DNA of 64,000 nt from an uncultured Acidimicrobiaceae bacterium (lineage in GTDB: Bacteria > Actinomycetota > Acidimicrobiia > Acidimicrobiales > RAAP-2), in the NCBI GenBank assembly GCA_963728845.1, contig CAVSLS010000057.1, positions 20,788 to 84,787 of the forward strand, written 5' to 3'. Below, piece by piece: positions 1-9,418 of this stretch. The notes beneath the pieces are model-generated. The model was not told where the DNA came from. It searched no databases and worked only from the letters and a program-made list of their open reading frames with translations. Positions within the stretch are counted from its first letter, which is position 1, and every line of letters starts with the position of its first letter. The position numbers and the translations under genes were made by a program.

Positions 1-36
1 CATACGGTCACTGAAGTTGCGGCACGCACTGCCTGC

Positions 37-537
37 TTGGCCGCGGCGGTCCTCACCGTCCTGCTCGGGTCATCCGCCGCGCTCGCGTCGGCTGGTCACA
101 CCGGCTTCGGCTTCAATGCGCCGAACATCTCCGGTACCTCGGGTGCGGTCTTCCTGACCGGAGGGGGCGCCTTCGACTCCACATCAGGGTTCGTCCACTC
201 GGCTGGCGGCTTCAAGTGCACCTCCACAGTAAGCAGTGGCCCGCTCGCCGGATGCCAGGCAGGACAGGGCGTTCGTTGGGACACCGCCGCACTTCTGCGG
301 AGCACGCCGTTCAAGTGCACTGCCACCGATCCCTTGGGAGTCAAGACGGCGACCACCACCCAGGACACCGCCGTGTTGCGGGCCGACTTCTACCGAGCCG
401 GCGACGGGAACAACGAGTCGTTCACCGCCAACATGTTCGTCTCGACCGAGGACCTCGCTCCCGATGTCCCCGGCGTCCAGAATGCCTGGGTGCAAGGGGT
501 GGGCTGTGGGTCCGCAGTCGTGCACTTCAGCCACTGA
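37..537 (+). CDS. secreted protein of unknown function (the frame is open to the window start, so the true start may lie upstream)
   Basis: ORF 37..537. The N-terminus AAAVLTVLLGSSAALASA/GHTG resembles a Sec signal peptide with an AxA cleavage site. Several Cys in the mature part. Followed by a strong hairpin at 560..601. Confidence 0.55.
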   Translation: MAAAVLTVLLGSSAALASAGHTGFGFNAPNISGTSGAVFLTGGGAFDSTSGFVHSAGGFKCTSTVSSGPLAGCQAGQGVRWDTAALLRSTPFKCTATDPLGVKTATTTQDTAVLRADFYRAGDGNNESFTANMFVSTEDLAPDVPGVQNAWVQGVGCGSAVVHFSH

Positions 538-559
538 GGATCCCCGCATCATGGTGCTC

Positions 560-601
560 GCAGGTAGCTCCTGCCATCGCTGTCATGGCAGGAGCTACTG
601 C
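560..601 (+). terminator. long stem-loop after the secreted-protein gene
   Basis: gcag(g)tagctcctgccat (560..577) pairs with atggcaggagctactgc (585..601): about 17 bp with one bulge and a 7-nt loop. No U-tract. Confidence 0.5.
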
Positions 602-680
602 GCGTGACCACACCGCGCACGGGTTGATTCACTGCCCGCTCCCGATGTCCCATGACATCATTCACGAGGGGGCCCATTCA

Positions 681-723
681 GCGCGCTCGGAGGGATTCGA
701 ACCCCCAACCTTCTGATCCGTAG
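681..723 (-). repeat. orphan copy of the 3' half of tRNA-Arg (anticodon loop to discriminator); att-like direct repeat
   Basis: gcgcgctcggagggattcgaacccccaaccttctgatccgtag at 681..723 is identical to 6465..6507 (43/43, same orientation). Identity stops at 680/6464 and 724/6508. Confidence 0.9.
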
Positions 724-996
724 AGCGGTTCCGATCGTCCAGCCCGTGCCACTGAATCCATTTGACGAGTTGAGATCAGGTGCGGTGTCCATGCTGTGTT
801 ACTCATCATCAGTCGGTCCGCCGATTCGAGGAGCAACGTAGTAGCAAGATCCCACAACCGGATGGCTGCGACCGATACGACTGCTGATCCCGGGCACCGG
901 CATCACTGGAAGGCAATTGCTGTGGTCGGTTGGCCGGAGCGGAGCGCACACGCTGTTGCCCTTCCAGACCAGGGGAAAGACGACACGTTCGCTCGA

Positions 997-2412
997 TCAG
1001 TGGTCCGCCAGCGCTGCAGTGCCGATCGCATCCCCAAGCTCATCGAGAGCAGCGTGGAGTGCGTCGACGATCAGCCAGGGGTCGGGAACGCTGACCGGAG
1101 AGCCGAGCAGGGAGACACCCAGCGTTTGCTCGTAGCTCCAAGCAGTGATGTTGAGGCCGATCCCTTCGAGAATGGGACCCACCGAGTAGAGAGCTTCGAG
1201 CTCAATGGGACCAAAAAAGATCCGCTCCCGCGGTCCCGCGACGTTAGACAGCACCACGTTGAGGGGTGGGTGGACCCGGTCCGCTATATGGGACCGAGTC
1301 CAGAGCCGCACGGCCGAATGGTAGATCTGGGGCGGTACAAAATCGGCGCGCTGCTCAAAGAGCTCGTGGCCGAGCACGCTGCGAACTTCCTTGGAGGCTG
1401 CCGTCATGCTCCGGATATGCCCGAGGCGCTGCACTGGGTCGGCGATGTCGGTCCCGATGCTCACATAGAGGTTGTCGACTCGGTTGCCCGACATGCGGGC
1501 CACATTCGGGTCGGTCGAGACCGGGACGCTGGCGACGAGGGGGCGTGCGGGTAGTTCACCGCGGTCCAACAGGTAGCGACGCAACGCCCCCGCGCAGACG
1601 CACAAATAGACATCATTGAGAGTTGTGCCAGCGGTGCGCCGGATGGACTTGAGATCCTCGAGTGGGAGCCTGGTCATTGCAAACGTGCGATCGGAGGTAA
1701 GAGATACGTTGAACGACGTCTTTGGTATGTGGTGAAGAGGAAGAGGCGGCTTGACCGCGAAGCTGCGACGCATCGCTTCCGACGCTCGGCCCTGTCGCGC
1801 GGATTGCACCACAAACCGTGGCAGGCCTTTCCACCGGAGGACATGGTCGTGTGCCGCCATCCTCAGCAGCTCGCGACGCGTTGGGAGCGGCTCTGGACAC
1901 CACGTATCCACACTGGTCTCGCTTGACGGCTCGACGCCGGCGCCTTGCACCACGTTCTGGAGCAGAGCCACCACAGCGGACCCGTCGGCAACCGCATGGT
2001 GGATCTTCGCCACGACCGCGATGCGGCCGCCGTCAAACCCCTCCACGACCAACAACTCCCACAGGGGCCGATCGCGCGCCAGTGGGATGCCCGCGAAATC
2101 AGCCACCACGGCGGCGAGCTCGCGATCGCCCGCCTGGTCGGCGAGCACCCGGAGGCTGATGTGACGCTTCAGGTCGAACTGGGGATCCTCCACCCACACG
2201 GGATGACCGAGTCCCCACGGGACCGGCACGACCCGACGGCGGAACGGCGGGAGGCGGCAAAGTTGGTCCGCGAGGACGCCGGTCAGGGAGTCGAAGGAGA
2301 ATCCACCCTTCAGGGCAGAAACGTCGGCCACCACGACCTTCACCGTGTGCATGTGGGCCGTCGGTGTCTCGGAATAGAGGAATTTTGCGTCCAGCCCGGT
2401 CATCGTCTCCAT
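997..2412 (-). CDS. wax ester synthase/diacylglycerol acyltransferase (WS/DGAT)
   Basis: 471 aa. HHxxxDG active-site motif (KIHHAVADGSA). Typical N-terminus DAKFLYSETPTAHMH. Starts 3 nt after the stop of the upstream hydrolase gene. Confidence 0.9.
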   Translation of the reverse strand: METMTGLDAKFLYSETPTAHMHTVKVVVADVSALKGGFSFDSLTGVLADQLCRLPPFRRRVVPVPWGLGHPVWVEDPQFDLKRHISLRVLADQAGDRELAAVVADFAGIPLARDRPLWELLVVEGFDGGRIAVVAKIHHAVADGSAVVALLQNVVQGAGVEPSSETSVDTWCPEPLPTRRELLRMAAHDHVLRWKGLPRFVVQSARQGRASEAMRRSFAVKPPLPLHHIPKTSFNVSLTSDRTFAMTRLPLEDLKSIRRTAGTTLNDVYLCVCAGALRRYLLDRGELPARPLVASVPVSTDPNVARMSGNRVDNLYVSIGTDIADPVQRLGHIRSMTAASKEVRSVLGHELFEQRADFVPPQIYHSAVRLWTRSHIADRVHPPLNVVLSNVAGPRERIFFGPIELEALYSVGPILEGIGLNITAWSYEQTLGVSLLGSPVSVPDPWLIVDALHAALDELGDAIGTAALADH

Positions 2413-2415
2413 GCG

Positions 2416-3756
2416 TCAGCCTCGGAACTCGGGGGAACGGCTGGTCGAGACGTGACGCAGCGCGCTAATGAGAAAGTCCGTCACCTGTTTCGACCACAGG
2501 TAGCCCACGTGGCCCCCCGAATACCACGAGATGCGGGGCTGCTCCCAGTGCTCCCAGAGACGTTGGGCCTGATCCGGAAGGGCGAGCCGGTCGCCGTAGC
2601 CGGCGAAGATGAACCGGCCGTGCCTGGGCACCTTGGCCTCGAGGGAGAGGGGCGACACCACACGGTAGACGCTCTCCGCGGGGCCACCCATGATTTTATG
2701 CTCGATCGATCGGGCGCGGATGTCGTGGGGACTGTGTCGGTGGAACAGACCTGGGAAGTCCGAAACCGGGATGCCCGCCACGACGCCGTCGATGCCCTGT
2801 TCCAGACCGGCGAGGAGGGACACTGCGTACGCGCCCAGTGAGACGCCATAGAGGCTGATGGAGGTGGCTCCCTGCTGACGGATGCGAGTGATGAGGCGTC
2901 GGATGTCCCACACGGCCTGCGTCAGGCCGTGCACGGCGTTCATCAGCTCGAAGGAGAGGAACGGCTCCCCGCTCACCAGAGTGACGCGGCGGGGCCCATG
3001 AAGGGGCAACGCCGGGAGGGCCACGTTCATCCCCAGCTCGTGGTGGAGCCGGTTCATCTGGAGCCCCTGGAAGTCCATGAAGGGGAACCCCATGCAGAAG
3101 CCGTGCACGGCGATCACCCAGCGGCGGGGTCCGTCCGGGTGGCGAACGACGACGGCCGAGGCCGTCCGGTTCGGCTCGAACGCCATCCAGCGGTCGGCTC
3201 CCGGCTCGCCGGGATGGGGGGTGAACCCGCTGTCCCAGTCCCACCGGTCGTAATGCATCCCCATGGCCCATCCCCGGCTCGTCGTCACCCGGGATTCGAC
3301 GAGCGGCGGCGGGGTGCGGTGATAGGAACTGGGCTCCGCGATCCAACCCTCTCCTGCGTACAAGGATTCGGCCTCGGCGAGCTCGTTCGACACCCTCGCG
3401 TAGTCCCTGGCCAGCGGGAACCTGCGGGGCGTCATGGCCATGGCCAGCAGCGCCTCGTCCATCGCCACCTGTGCCGCGAGGCCGAGCGAGAGGTGCGGGG
3501 CCGGCACCGAGTCGCTCACTTCCCCGCTCAGCAACGCCGAACCCATGTAGTGCAGCGTGCGGGGCAGGGCGCGGGTCGCCCGGACGAGCGCGCGCCGATT
3601 CAAGAAGCCAGAAGCCGCTCGGAAGAGTCCGGTGACTCGATCGATCCCCGGCACCGAGATTCCCGGCCTGACGCTCGCGGACACGCTCTCGGTAGGGTCG
3701 ACTCCGCTCGCGGGGTTGACCCGTTCGCCGGTGGGATCGTGCGCAACCTCCCCCAT
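2416..3756 (-). CDS. alpha/beta-fold hydrolase
   Basis: GxSxG nucleophile elbow (YGVSLGAY) and an HGF oxyanion region (VIAVHGFCMG). I chose the ATG at 3756 because AAGGAGG lies 4 nt upstream. The longer track ORF (to 4290) overlaps the divergent acyl-CoA synthetase gene. Confidence 0.8.
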   Translation of the reverse strand: MGEVAHDPTGERVNPASGVDPTESVSASVRPGISVPGIDRVTGLFRAASGFLNRRALVRATRALPRTLHYMGSALLSGEVSDSVPAPHLSLGLAAQVAMDEALLAMAMTPRRFPLARDYARVSNELAEAESLYAGEGWIAEPSSYHRTPPPLVESRVTTSRGWAMGMHYDRWDWDSGFTPHPGEPGADRWMAFEPNRTASAVVVRHPDGPRRWVIAVHGFCMGFPFMDFQGLQMNRLHHELGMNVALPALPLHGPRRVTLVSGEPFLSFELMNAVHGLTQAVWDIRRLITRIRQQGATSISLYGVSLGAYAVSLLAGLEQGIDGVVAGIPVSDFPGLFHRHSPHDIRARSIEHKIMGGPAESVYRVVSPLSLEAKVPRHGRFIFAGYGDRLALPDQAQRLWEHWEQPRISWYSGGHVGYLWSKQVTDFLISALRHVSTSRSPEFRG

Positions 3757-3882
3757 CCGGCCTCCTTGCGTACCGTGGCGCCTCGACCCCGAAGAGGGGC
3801 CACGGCCACCGACTGTGATACTACGTCTGGCATCCTCATCGATGGCAGAGGCTGATGTCCCAAATCTGGACCGGGGAGTGCC

Positions 3883-5499
3883 GTGGAGTTCAACCTTGCC
3901 GATCTTTTCGAGAGCGTGGTCGACCGGGTCGGGGATCAGACGGCGATGGTGTCGGGCTCCCGACGGCTCAGCTACACCGAGCTGGACCGGCGGGCCAACC
4001 GGCTCGCCCACCACCTGGAGAGCGTCGGCGTCGGGTCCCGTGACACGGTAGGACTGCAGCTGGTCAACGGCACCGAGTACATCGAGAGCATGCTGGCGTG
4101 CTTCAAGATCCGTGCCGTGCCGGTCAACGTCAACTACCGCTATCTCGGAAGCGAGTTGGAGTATCTGTACGGTGACGCCGCGCTCGTGGGCCTCATCGCC
4201 CATGGCCGTTTCGCTCCAGCCGTGGAAGGGGCTCTGCACGCCATGTCCGAGTACCGGGCCGTGCTGCAGGTGTGTGAGCCGAGCGGTCATCCCCCGACCG
4301 TGGGTGAGGACTACGAGCGTGCTCTCGCATCAGCGCCCGACTCCCGCGGGTTCAGCCCGCGCCGCAGCGACGACCTTTACTGCGTCTACACGGGCGGCAC
4401 GACCGGCATGCCCAAGGGCGTGCTCTGGCGACACGACGACATCTTCTTCGCGGCCATGGGTGGCGGTGACCCATTTTCCTCGGGCAACCACATTGCCACC
4501 CCTGGCGAGCTTGTCACGCGGCTCCTGCATCCGGGCATCACTGCGCTTGCCATACCTCCGTTCATGCACGCGGCCGGACACTGGTTGGCGTTCTCGACGT
4601 TGTTCGGTGGCGGGACGGTCGTGACGACCGATGGAGGCGGCTTCGACGCAGCCGAGGTCTGGCGTCTGGTGGAGGCAGAGCGGGTCAACGCGATCGCCGT
4701 GGTGGGCGACGCCATGGTCCGGCCGCTGCTCGACGTGCTGGCCGCGCAACCCGATCGCTACGACCTCTCGTCGTTGATGGCCGTGGGGTCCGGAGGAGCA
4801 GTGCTTTCACCGTCCACAAAGGCACAGCTGGCCGAACTCCTCCCCGGTCGGATCGTCGCCGACAGATTCGGCTCGTCCGAGACTGGACAGGTCGGTGGTG
4901 AAATGCCTCCCGACGACCCGTTCGGGCCGCCACGACTGCGAGTTGACGACCGTACTGACGTGCTCGACGACGATCTGCGGCCTATCGCACCCGGATCCGG
5001 GGTGGTCGGACGTCTCGCCAGGGGCGGCCATGTCCCGATCGGCTACCTGGGCGATCCGCCCAAGTCCGCGACCACCTTCGTGGAGGCACGGGGCCAACGC
5101 TGGGCGCTGCCCGGTGACCTGGCGACGGTGGACACCGACGGGAGCATCGTTGTCCTCGGGCGAGGTTCACTCTGCATCAACACGGGCGGGGAGAAGGTCT
5201 TCCCCGACGAGGTGGAGGCCGCTCTGAAGGACGACCCCGCCGTCCGCGACGCCGTCGTCGTCGGCGCGCCCGACCCTCGCTTCGGTGAGCGTGTCGTCGC
5301 TCTGGTGCTGGCCCGGGCCGGGCACGAGATCAATCCGGAGGCTGTCCGCCAGCACGTCCATACCAGGGTGAGCGGCTTCAAGGTGCCCCGAGACATACTC
5401 GTCGTCGATCACATCGTTCGTTCGCCCAGCGGAAAGGCGGACTATCCCTGGGCCCAAGCGGTCGCCGAAGCGGCGCTACGAGACCGGGACGAGAAGTGA
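3883..5499 (+). CDS. acyl-CoA synthetase / AMP-dependent ligase (FadD-like)
   Basis: 538 aa. AMP-binding motif YTGGTTGMPKGV and a C-terminal SPSGKADY motif. GTG start preceded by GGGGAG. Confidence 0.9.
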   Translation: MEFNLADLFESVVDRVGDQTAMVSGSRRLSYTELDRRANRLAHHLESVGVGSRDTVGLQLVNGTEYIESMLACFKIRAVPVNVNYRYLGSELEYLYGDAALVGLIAHGRFAPAVEGALHAMSEYRAVLQVCEPSGHPPTVGEDYERALASAPDSRGFSPRRSDDLYCVYTGGTTGMPKGVLWRHDDIFFAAMGGGDPFSSGNHIATPGELVTRLLHPGITALAIPPFMHAAGHWLAFSTLFGGGTVVTTDGGGFDAAEVWRLVEAERVNAIAVVGDAMVRPLLDVLAAQPDRYDLSSLMAVGSGGAVLSPSTKAQLAELLPGRIVADRFGSSETGQVGGEMPPDDPFGPPRLRVDDRTDVLDDDLRPIAPGSGVVGRLARGGHVPIGYLGDPPKSATTFVEARGQRWALPGDLATVDTDGSIVVLGRGSLCINTGGEKVFPDEVEAALKDDPAVRDAVVVGAPDPRFGERVVALVLARAGHEINPEAVRQHVHTRVSGFKVPRDILVVDHIVRSPSGKADYPWAQAVAEAALRDRDEK

Positions 5500-5508
5500 A
5501 GAGACCGC

Positions 5509-6339
5509 TTAACCGAGAATCGGAAAGCGGCGTTCAGCTGCCAATCGATCGAGTGTCGTCTGCATCGTCCCGGTGAGCTCCTGGTAGCAGTCTCGAACGA
5601 TCATTTCGTCGTCAGCCGCGTCCGGCGCGTACCGCGACGACCAGTCCATCGGAGGACCCAGTTCCACGGTGATCTTCGCAGGAAGTGGGAACGTGGGAAT
5701 GCCCCCTGGCACGACACCAAAGGGGGGGCCCAGCACCAGGGGCATCACTTTGATACGGAACATGCGATCGAGCCTGAGCCACTTTGCGACGCGCTCACCT
5801 CGGGCGAGGACGACGAGTGCTTCGTGGGCGCCGACGGAGACAGCGGGGATCACGGGGACCCCTGTTCGCAATGCGAGACGAACCACGCCGAGGCGACCGC
5901 CGAACTCGATGCGGTTTCGCTCCCACCACGGCCGGAAGACCTCTGAGTCACCACCCGGGTAGTCGATCAGGATCCCTCCGCTGCGAAGAACCGCCTCCGC
6001 CGCGGCCGGCCCGGCTTCGACGGCACCGGCACGCTTCATGACAGGGCCCACCCCCGGAAGCCCCAAGAAGAACGAGTGGAAGAGTGCGTAGACAGGCTCG
6101 TCTTCGCCTCGCTCACGCCACCACGCCGTCAGCAGGACCGGTAGATCTGGCGGTGTCTGGCCACCAGAATGGTTCCCGACCACAAGGAAGGGTCCACGTC
6201 GGGGCAAATGCTCAAACCCCCGCACCTCTGGCCGGAAGTAGGACGCGTAGCGCTCCAGGACGGGTCGAACGGTACGGAGGAACGAGGGATCACGGGCAGA
6301 CCCGACGGGGGCCGGCGTGATGCTGTGGTCGTCCGCCAT
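5509..6339 (-). CDS. lysophospholipid/glycerolipid acyltransferase family protein (PlsC-like)
   Basis: VVGNHSGG and FPGG-like blocks (IDYPGGDSEVFRP) typical of the PlsC superfamily. ATG at 6339 chosen because the longer ORF runs into the tRNA gene. Confidence 0.7.
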   Translation of the reverse strand: MADDHSITPAPVGSARDPSFLRTVRPVLERYASYFRPEVRGFEHLPRRGPFLVVGNHSGGQTPPDLPVLLTAWWRERGEDEPVYALFHSFFLGLPGVGPVMKRAGAVEAGPAAAEAVLRSGGILIDYPGGDSEVFRPWWERNRIEFGGRLGVVRLALRTGVPVIPAVSVGAHEALVVLARGERVAKWLRLDRMFRIKVMPLVLGPPFGVVPGGIPTFPLPAKITVELGPPMDWSSRYAPDAADDEMIVRDCYQELTGTMQTTLDRLAAERRFPILG

Positions 6340-6465
6340 TCCCCAACTATGCACGTGATGCGGGTCGATGTCGGCTCGGAGCAGGCAGCTGCCTCTGTCG
6401 CGTGCGCCGGGATGGCCCTGCACGCCTGCGTTCAGCCGTCCACCCGATGGGGTCAAGGCACTCGG

Positions 6466-6539
6466 CGCGCTCGGAGGGATTCGAACCCCCAACCTTCTGA
6501 TCCGTAGTCAGATGCTCTAGTCCGTTGAGCTACGAGCGC
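6466..6539 (-). tRNA. tRNA-Arg (anticodon ACG)
   Basis: Hand-folded cloverleaf on the minus strand: acceptor GCGCTCG/CGAGCGC, D arm GCTC..GAGC, anticodon stem TCTGA/TCAGA with loop CTACGGA, T arm GGGGG-TTCGAAT-CCCTC. 74 nt, no encoded CCA. Confidence 0.9.
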
Positions 6540-6601
6540 TGGGTGAGACAGGACAGTGTACCGGAGCCCTGCCCCGGTTCCCGAGGCGTCGCCGCACCTG
6601 G

Positions 6602-7804
6602 TCAGACGGAGATCGGCAGCCTCGAGTAGCCGCGAACGGTGCTGGTGTAGAGGGGCACCGTGCCCTCCCGGTCGACCGACCATTCCGGGAACCGTTTGAA
6701 GGTCTCCTCGAGGGCGACCCGACCCTCCATGCGGGCGAGCGCCGCCCCCAGGCAGAAGTGGATGCCGTAGCCGAAGGACAGGTGGTGGTCGATGGTGCGG
6801 TGGATGTCGAAGCGATCCGCGTCGGGAAAGGCCCGTTCGTCGCGCCCGGCCGACCCGGTGATCATCACGACCTTGGAGTTGGCCGGGATCCTCTGCCCGT
6901 GAACCTCGACGTCCGCCGTGCACCACCGGCTCTGCACCGGCGAGGGGGCCTCGTAGCGGAGGAGCTCCTCCACGGCGTTCGGTATCAGGCTGGCGTCGGT
7001 GGCGAGCTCAGCCCGCTGCCCCGGGTTGTCGTCCAGGGTCAGGGCCGCCCAACCGAGCAGCCGGGCCACCGTCTCGGTCCCGGCGCTTCCGATCAGGAGG
7101 GCGAAGTTCGCCGCCTGCTCCATCGTGAGCCGACGCGGCTGGCCGTCCTCGTCGACGATCTCGCCGTTGAGGAGGTCCGTGAACATGTCGTCTCGTGGTG
7201 AAGTCTGCCGATCGGCAACCTGGGCCGTCACATACTCCATGAGCTTGCCCATGGCCTCGGCCGACACGTCGTTGTACATGCCCAGCTCGGGGTCGAGGTG
7301 GAAGCTCTCGTCGATCCAGCCCCGGACCATGTCCCGGTCCTCGGGCGGCACACCGAGCAACGCGGCGATGACATAGGCCGGGACGCGGGCGCCGAAGTCC
7401 TGCACGTAGTCGAACGAGCTCTTTCCGACCTGCGCGTCGAGCAGGCTCACGCAGAGGCCGCGGATATCCTGCTCGAGCAGTGCCATCCGCCGCGGTGTGA
7501 AGGCCTTGGAGACCAACCGGCGGTAGCGAGTGTGGTCGGGAGGGTCCATGAAGATCATGATCTCCATGGAGGTCGGCTCGGGACCGATCATCTCCATCAC
7601 CGTGCCGTGCGAGGAGCAGAAGGTCTGCGGATCGCGACTGAAGGCGTCCACGTCTGCGAAGCGGCTGACGGCGTAGAAGTCGAGATGGTCGTTGTAATAG
7701 AGCGGCGCCTCGTCGCGCAGGCGCCGCCAGATCGGGTGCGGGTCGACCTTGTACTTCTCATCGAGGGGATCCCAGGCGAGTGGTTCGGTGTCGAGCGCTG
7801 TCAC
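6602..7804 (-). CDS. cytochrome P450
   Basis: 400 aa. Heme-binding loop FGYGIHFCLGAALAR, EELLRY (ExxR) motif, AGTETV I-helix motif. Confidence 0.9.
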   Translation of the reverse strand: MTALDTEPLAWDPLDEKYKVDPHPIWRRLRDEAPLYYNDHLDFYAVSRFADVDAFSRDPQTFCSSHGTVMEMIGPEPTSMEIMIFMDPPDHTRYRRLVSKAFTPRRMALLEQDIRGLCVSLLDAQVGKSSFDYVQDFGARVPAYVIAALLGVPPEDRDMVRGWIDESFHLDPELGMYNDVSAEAMGKLMEYVTAQVADRQTSPRDDMFTDLLNGEIVDEDGQPRRLTMEQAANFALLIGSAGTETVARLLGWAALTLDDNPGQRAELATDASLIPNAVEELLRYEAPSPVQSRWCTADVEVHGQRIPANSKVVMITGSAGRDERAFPDADRFDIHRTIDHHLSFGYGIHFCLGAALARMEGRVALEETFKRFPEWSVDREGTVPLYTSTVRGYSRLPISV

Positions 7805-7816
7805 GGCGATCTTCTC

Positions 7817-8626
7817 TCAGACGGCGATATGGGACTCGTCCCAGAGCTTGATCCCGCCGAGGATGCCCGCCGTGTTGTCCACGACGGTGATCCGCTCGAG
7901 TACTTCGCCGAGGTCGCGCCGGTTGACGCGCTGCGCGTTGCCGCCGCCGATGTAGAGGTGGTCGAAGAAGGTCAGCGCATTGAAGTAGGCGATCATCTTG
8001 CGCACCCGCCCGTTCCACTTGTCGTCGCCGGCCTTCTTGCGCGCCGCCTCCCCGAGTTGCTCGTTGAAGTTCTCGCCCTTGCGGAATTCCAGGTGGGAGA
8101 ACTCCAGGTGAGGCAGCAGCCGGCCGCCCATGAAGAAGGCCGTGCCCACACCCGTGCCGAGCGTGACCACCGCCTCGAAGCCCTGGCCCTGCACCACCGC
8201 GAGGCCCTGGACGTCGGCGTCGTTGGCGACACGGCAGGGCTTGCCGATCGAGTGCGCCAGGGCGTGGGCCAGGTCGAAGCCCGACCAGGCCTTCACCAGC
8301 TCGGGAAGGACGGTGCTGCCGGGGCCCTTCTCGGTCACGAAGTGCGGAGCGCTGAGAACCTCACCGCTGCGGACCATGCCCGGAAAGCCGGCGGAGGTTC
8401 GGTCGGCTGTGGGGAGCTTGTCCGCCAAGCCGCTGAGCTGCTCGACCAAACGGTCGGGCGGCATGGGGTAGGTGGTGGCGATCTTGACCCGGTCGGCCAC
8501 GAACGCGCCGTCCTTGTCGAGCACGTCGGCCTTGAGCCCGGTGCCGCCGATGTCGATGCTCAGCGTGAAGGGACGGCGGTGCGCAGACGTGGTCGAGCTT
8601 TCGGTCACCGGAGGAACTGTAGCCAC
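7817..8626 (-). CDS. ppgK: ROK-family polyphosphate glucokinase-like sugar kinase
   Basis: 269 aa. N-terminal ATP-binding DIGGTGLK, followed by LGTGVGTA...EFSHLEF blocks collinear with PpgK. GTG start. Confidence 0.7.
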   Translation of the reverse strand: MATVPPVTESSTTSAHRRPFTLSIDIGGTGLKADVLDKDGAFVADRVKIATTYPMPPDRLVEQLSGLADKLPTADRTSAGFPGMVRSGEVLSAPHFVTEKGPGSTVLPELVKAWSGFDLAHALAHSIGKPCRVANDADVQGLAVVQGQGFEAVVTLGTGVGTAFFMGGRLLPHLEFSHLEFRKGENFNEQLGEAARKKAGDDKWNGRVRKMIAYFNALTFFDHLYIGGGNAQRVNRRDLGEVLERITVVDNTAGILGGIKLWDESHIAV

Positions 8627-8660
8627 GCGGTCAGATTCGGTCTCCGTGGAACCGGTCCCG

Positions 8661-9326
8661 TCATCCGAGAAGGACGTTGTGGATGATGGCGCGGAGCTGG
8701 TCCCCCAATTCTTCGTTGGTCTCCTCGGCGAAGGCCTCGCCGGAGAGGACGAGTCCCGAGAAGACCACGCCCACCGAGGCCGCCATCTTCACCCGGTCCG
8801 GGAAGGGGACCCGGGTGTCGGCCAGCACCCGTCGGAACTGGTTCTGGAAGTCCTCGTGCTCGGCGTCGTGGTCCTCCCGGTGCAGCTTCTCGAGGGCGGC
8901 CTGGTTCCGCTCGTGCATGAGGAAGATCTTGCGCTGGGCCAGCATCTGGTCGACGATGCCGTCGAGCAGCTCGCCCCACAGCTCGAGGGTGACCGGCCCC
9001 TCGGTCATGCGCAGCAGCGCCTCGCGGCCGAATTCGTGGATGCGCATGTGCAGCGCCAACAGGATGTCGTCCTTCGACTCGAAGTGGTAGTAGAGGGCTG
9101 CCTTGGTGACGCCCAGCTGCTCGGCGATCTGGCGCAGGCTGGTGCCGTCGAAGCCCTGCTCTATGAAGAGGTCGAGGGCCACATCGAGGATGCGCTCGCG
9201 GGTGTTGGGGTGGGCGGGGTCGGCAGCGGAGGCCACGCCCGGGCCCGGCTCGACGACGCTGCCGAGAAGCGGCTCTTCGTCTGGTTCTGCGTGATCTGGG
9301 TCTGCGTGCGCCGCGGTCTGGGACAT
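8661..9326 (-). CDS. TetR-family transcriptional regulator
   Basis: HTH region RERILDVALDLFIEQGFDGTSLRQIAEQLGVTKAALYYHF. Divergent from the ABC exporter gene at 9419. Confidence 0.85.
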   Translation of the reverse strand: MSQTAAHADPDHAEPDEEPLLGSVVEPGPGVASAADPAHPNTRERILDVALDLFIEQGFDGTSLRQIAEQLGVTKAALYYHFESKDDILLALHMRIHEFGREALLRMTEGPVTLELWGELLDGIVDQMLAQRKIFLMHERNQAALEKLHREDHDAEHEDFQNQFRRVLADTRVPFPDRVKMAASVGVVFSGLVLSGEAFAEETNEELGDQLRAIIHNVLLG

Positions 9327-9338
9327 TCGCCTCAACTC

Positions 9339-9410
9339 TACTTGACGGCAGGTAAGTAAGGTCCTACCATGCCTCATGCCTTAGCCGGAGAGTCTACTGA
9401 CCGACAGGTA
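9339..9410. promoter_or_regulatory. two copies of a 16-nt partly palindromic motif in the TetR/ABC divergent spacer (candidate operators)
   Basis: TACTTGACGGCAGGTA (9339..9354) and TACTGACCGACAGGTA (9395..9410) share 12/16 positions and have TAC..GTA ends. The second abuts the ABC gene's ribosome-binding site. Confidence 0.3.
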
Positions 9411-9418
9411 GGGAAGCT

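Larger units (their letters stand above)
681..6507. mobile_element. putative integrated islet (about 5.8 kb) bounded by tRNA-Arg-derived 43-bp direct repeats; no recombinase present
   Basis: The geometry matches integration into the 3' end of a tRNA: the intact tRNA is at 6466..6539 (minus strand), the islet extends toward lower coordinates, and the partial tRNA copy sits at the far end. No integrase ORF was seen. Confidence 0.45.

Noticed and set aside
3757-4290. N-terminal 178 codons of track ORF 2416..4290
   Set aside because: This part overlaps the divergent acyl-CoA synthetase gene on the other strand and lacks hydrolase similarity. An internal ATG at 3756 has a perfect AAGGAGG site.
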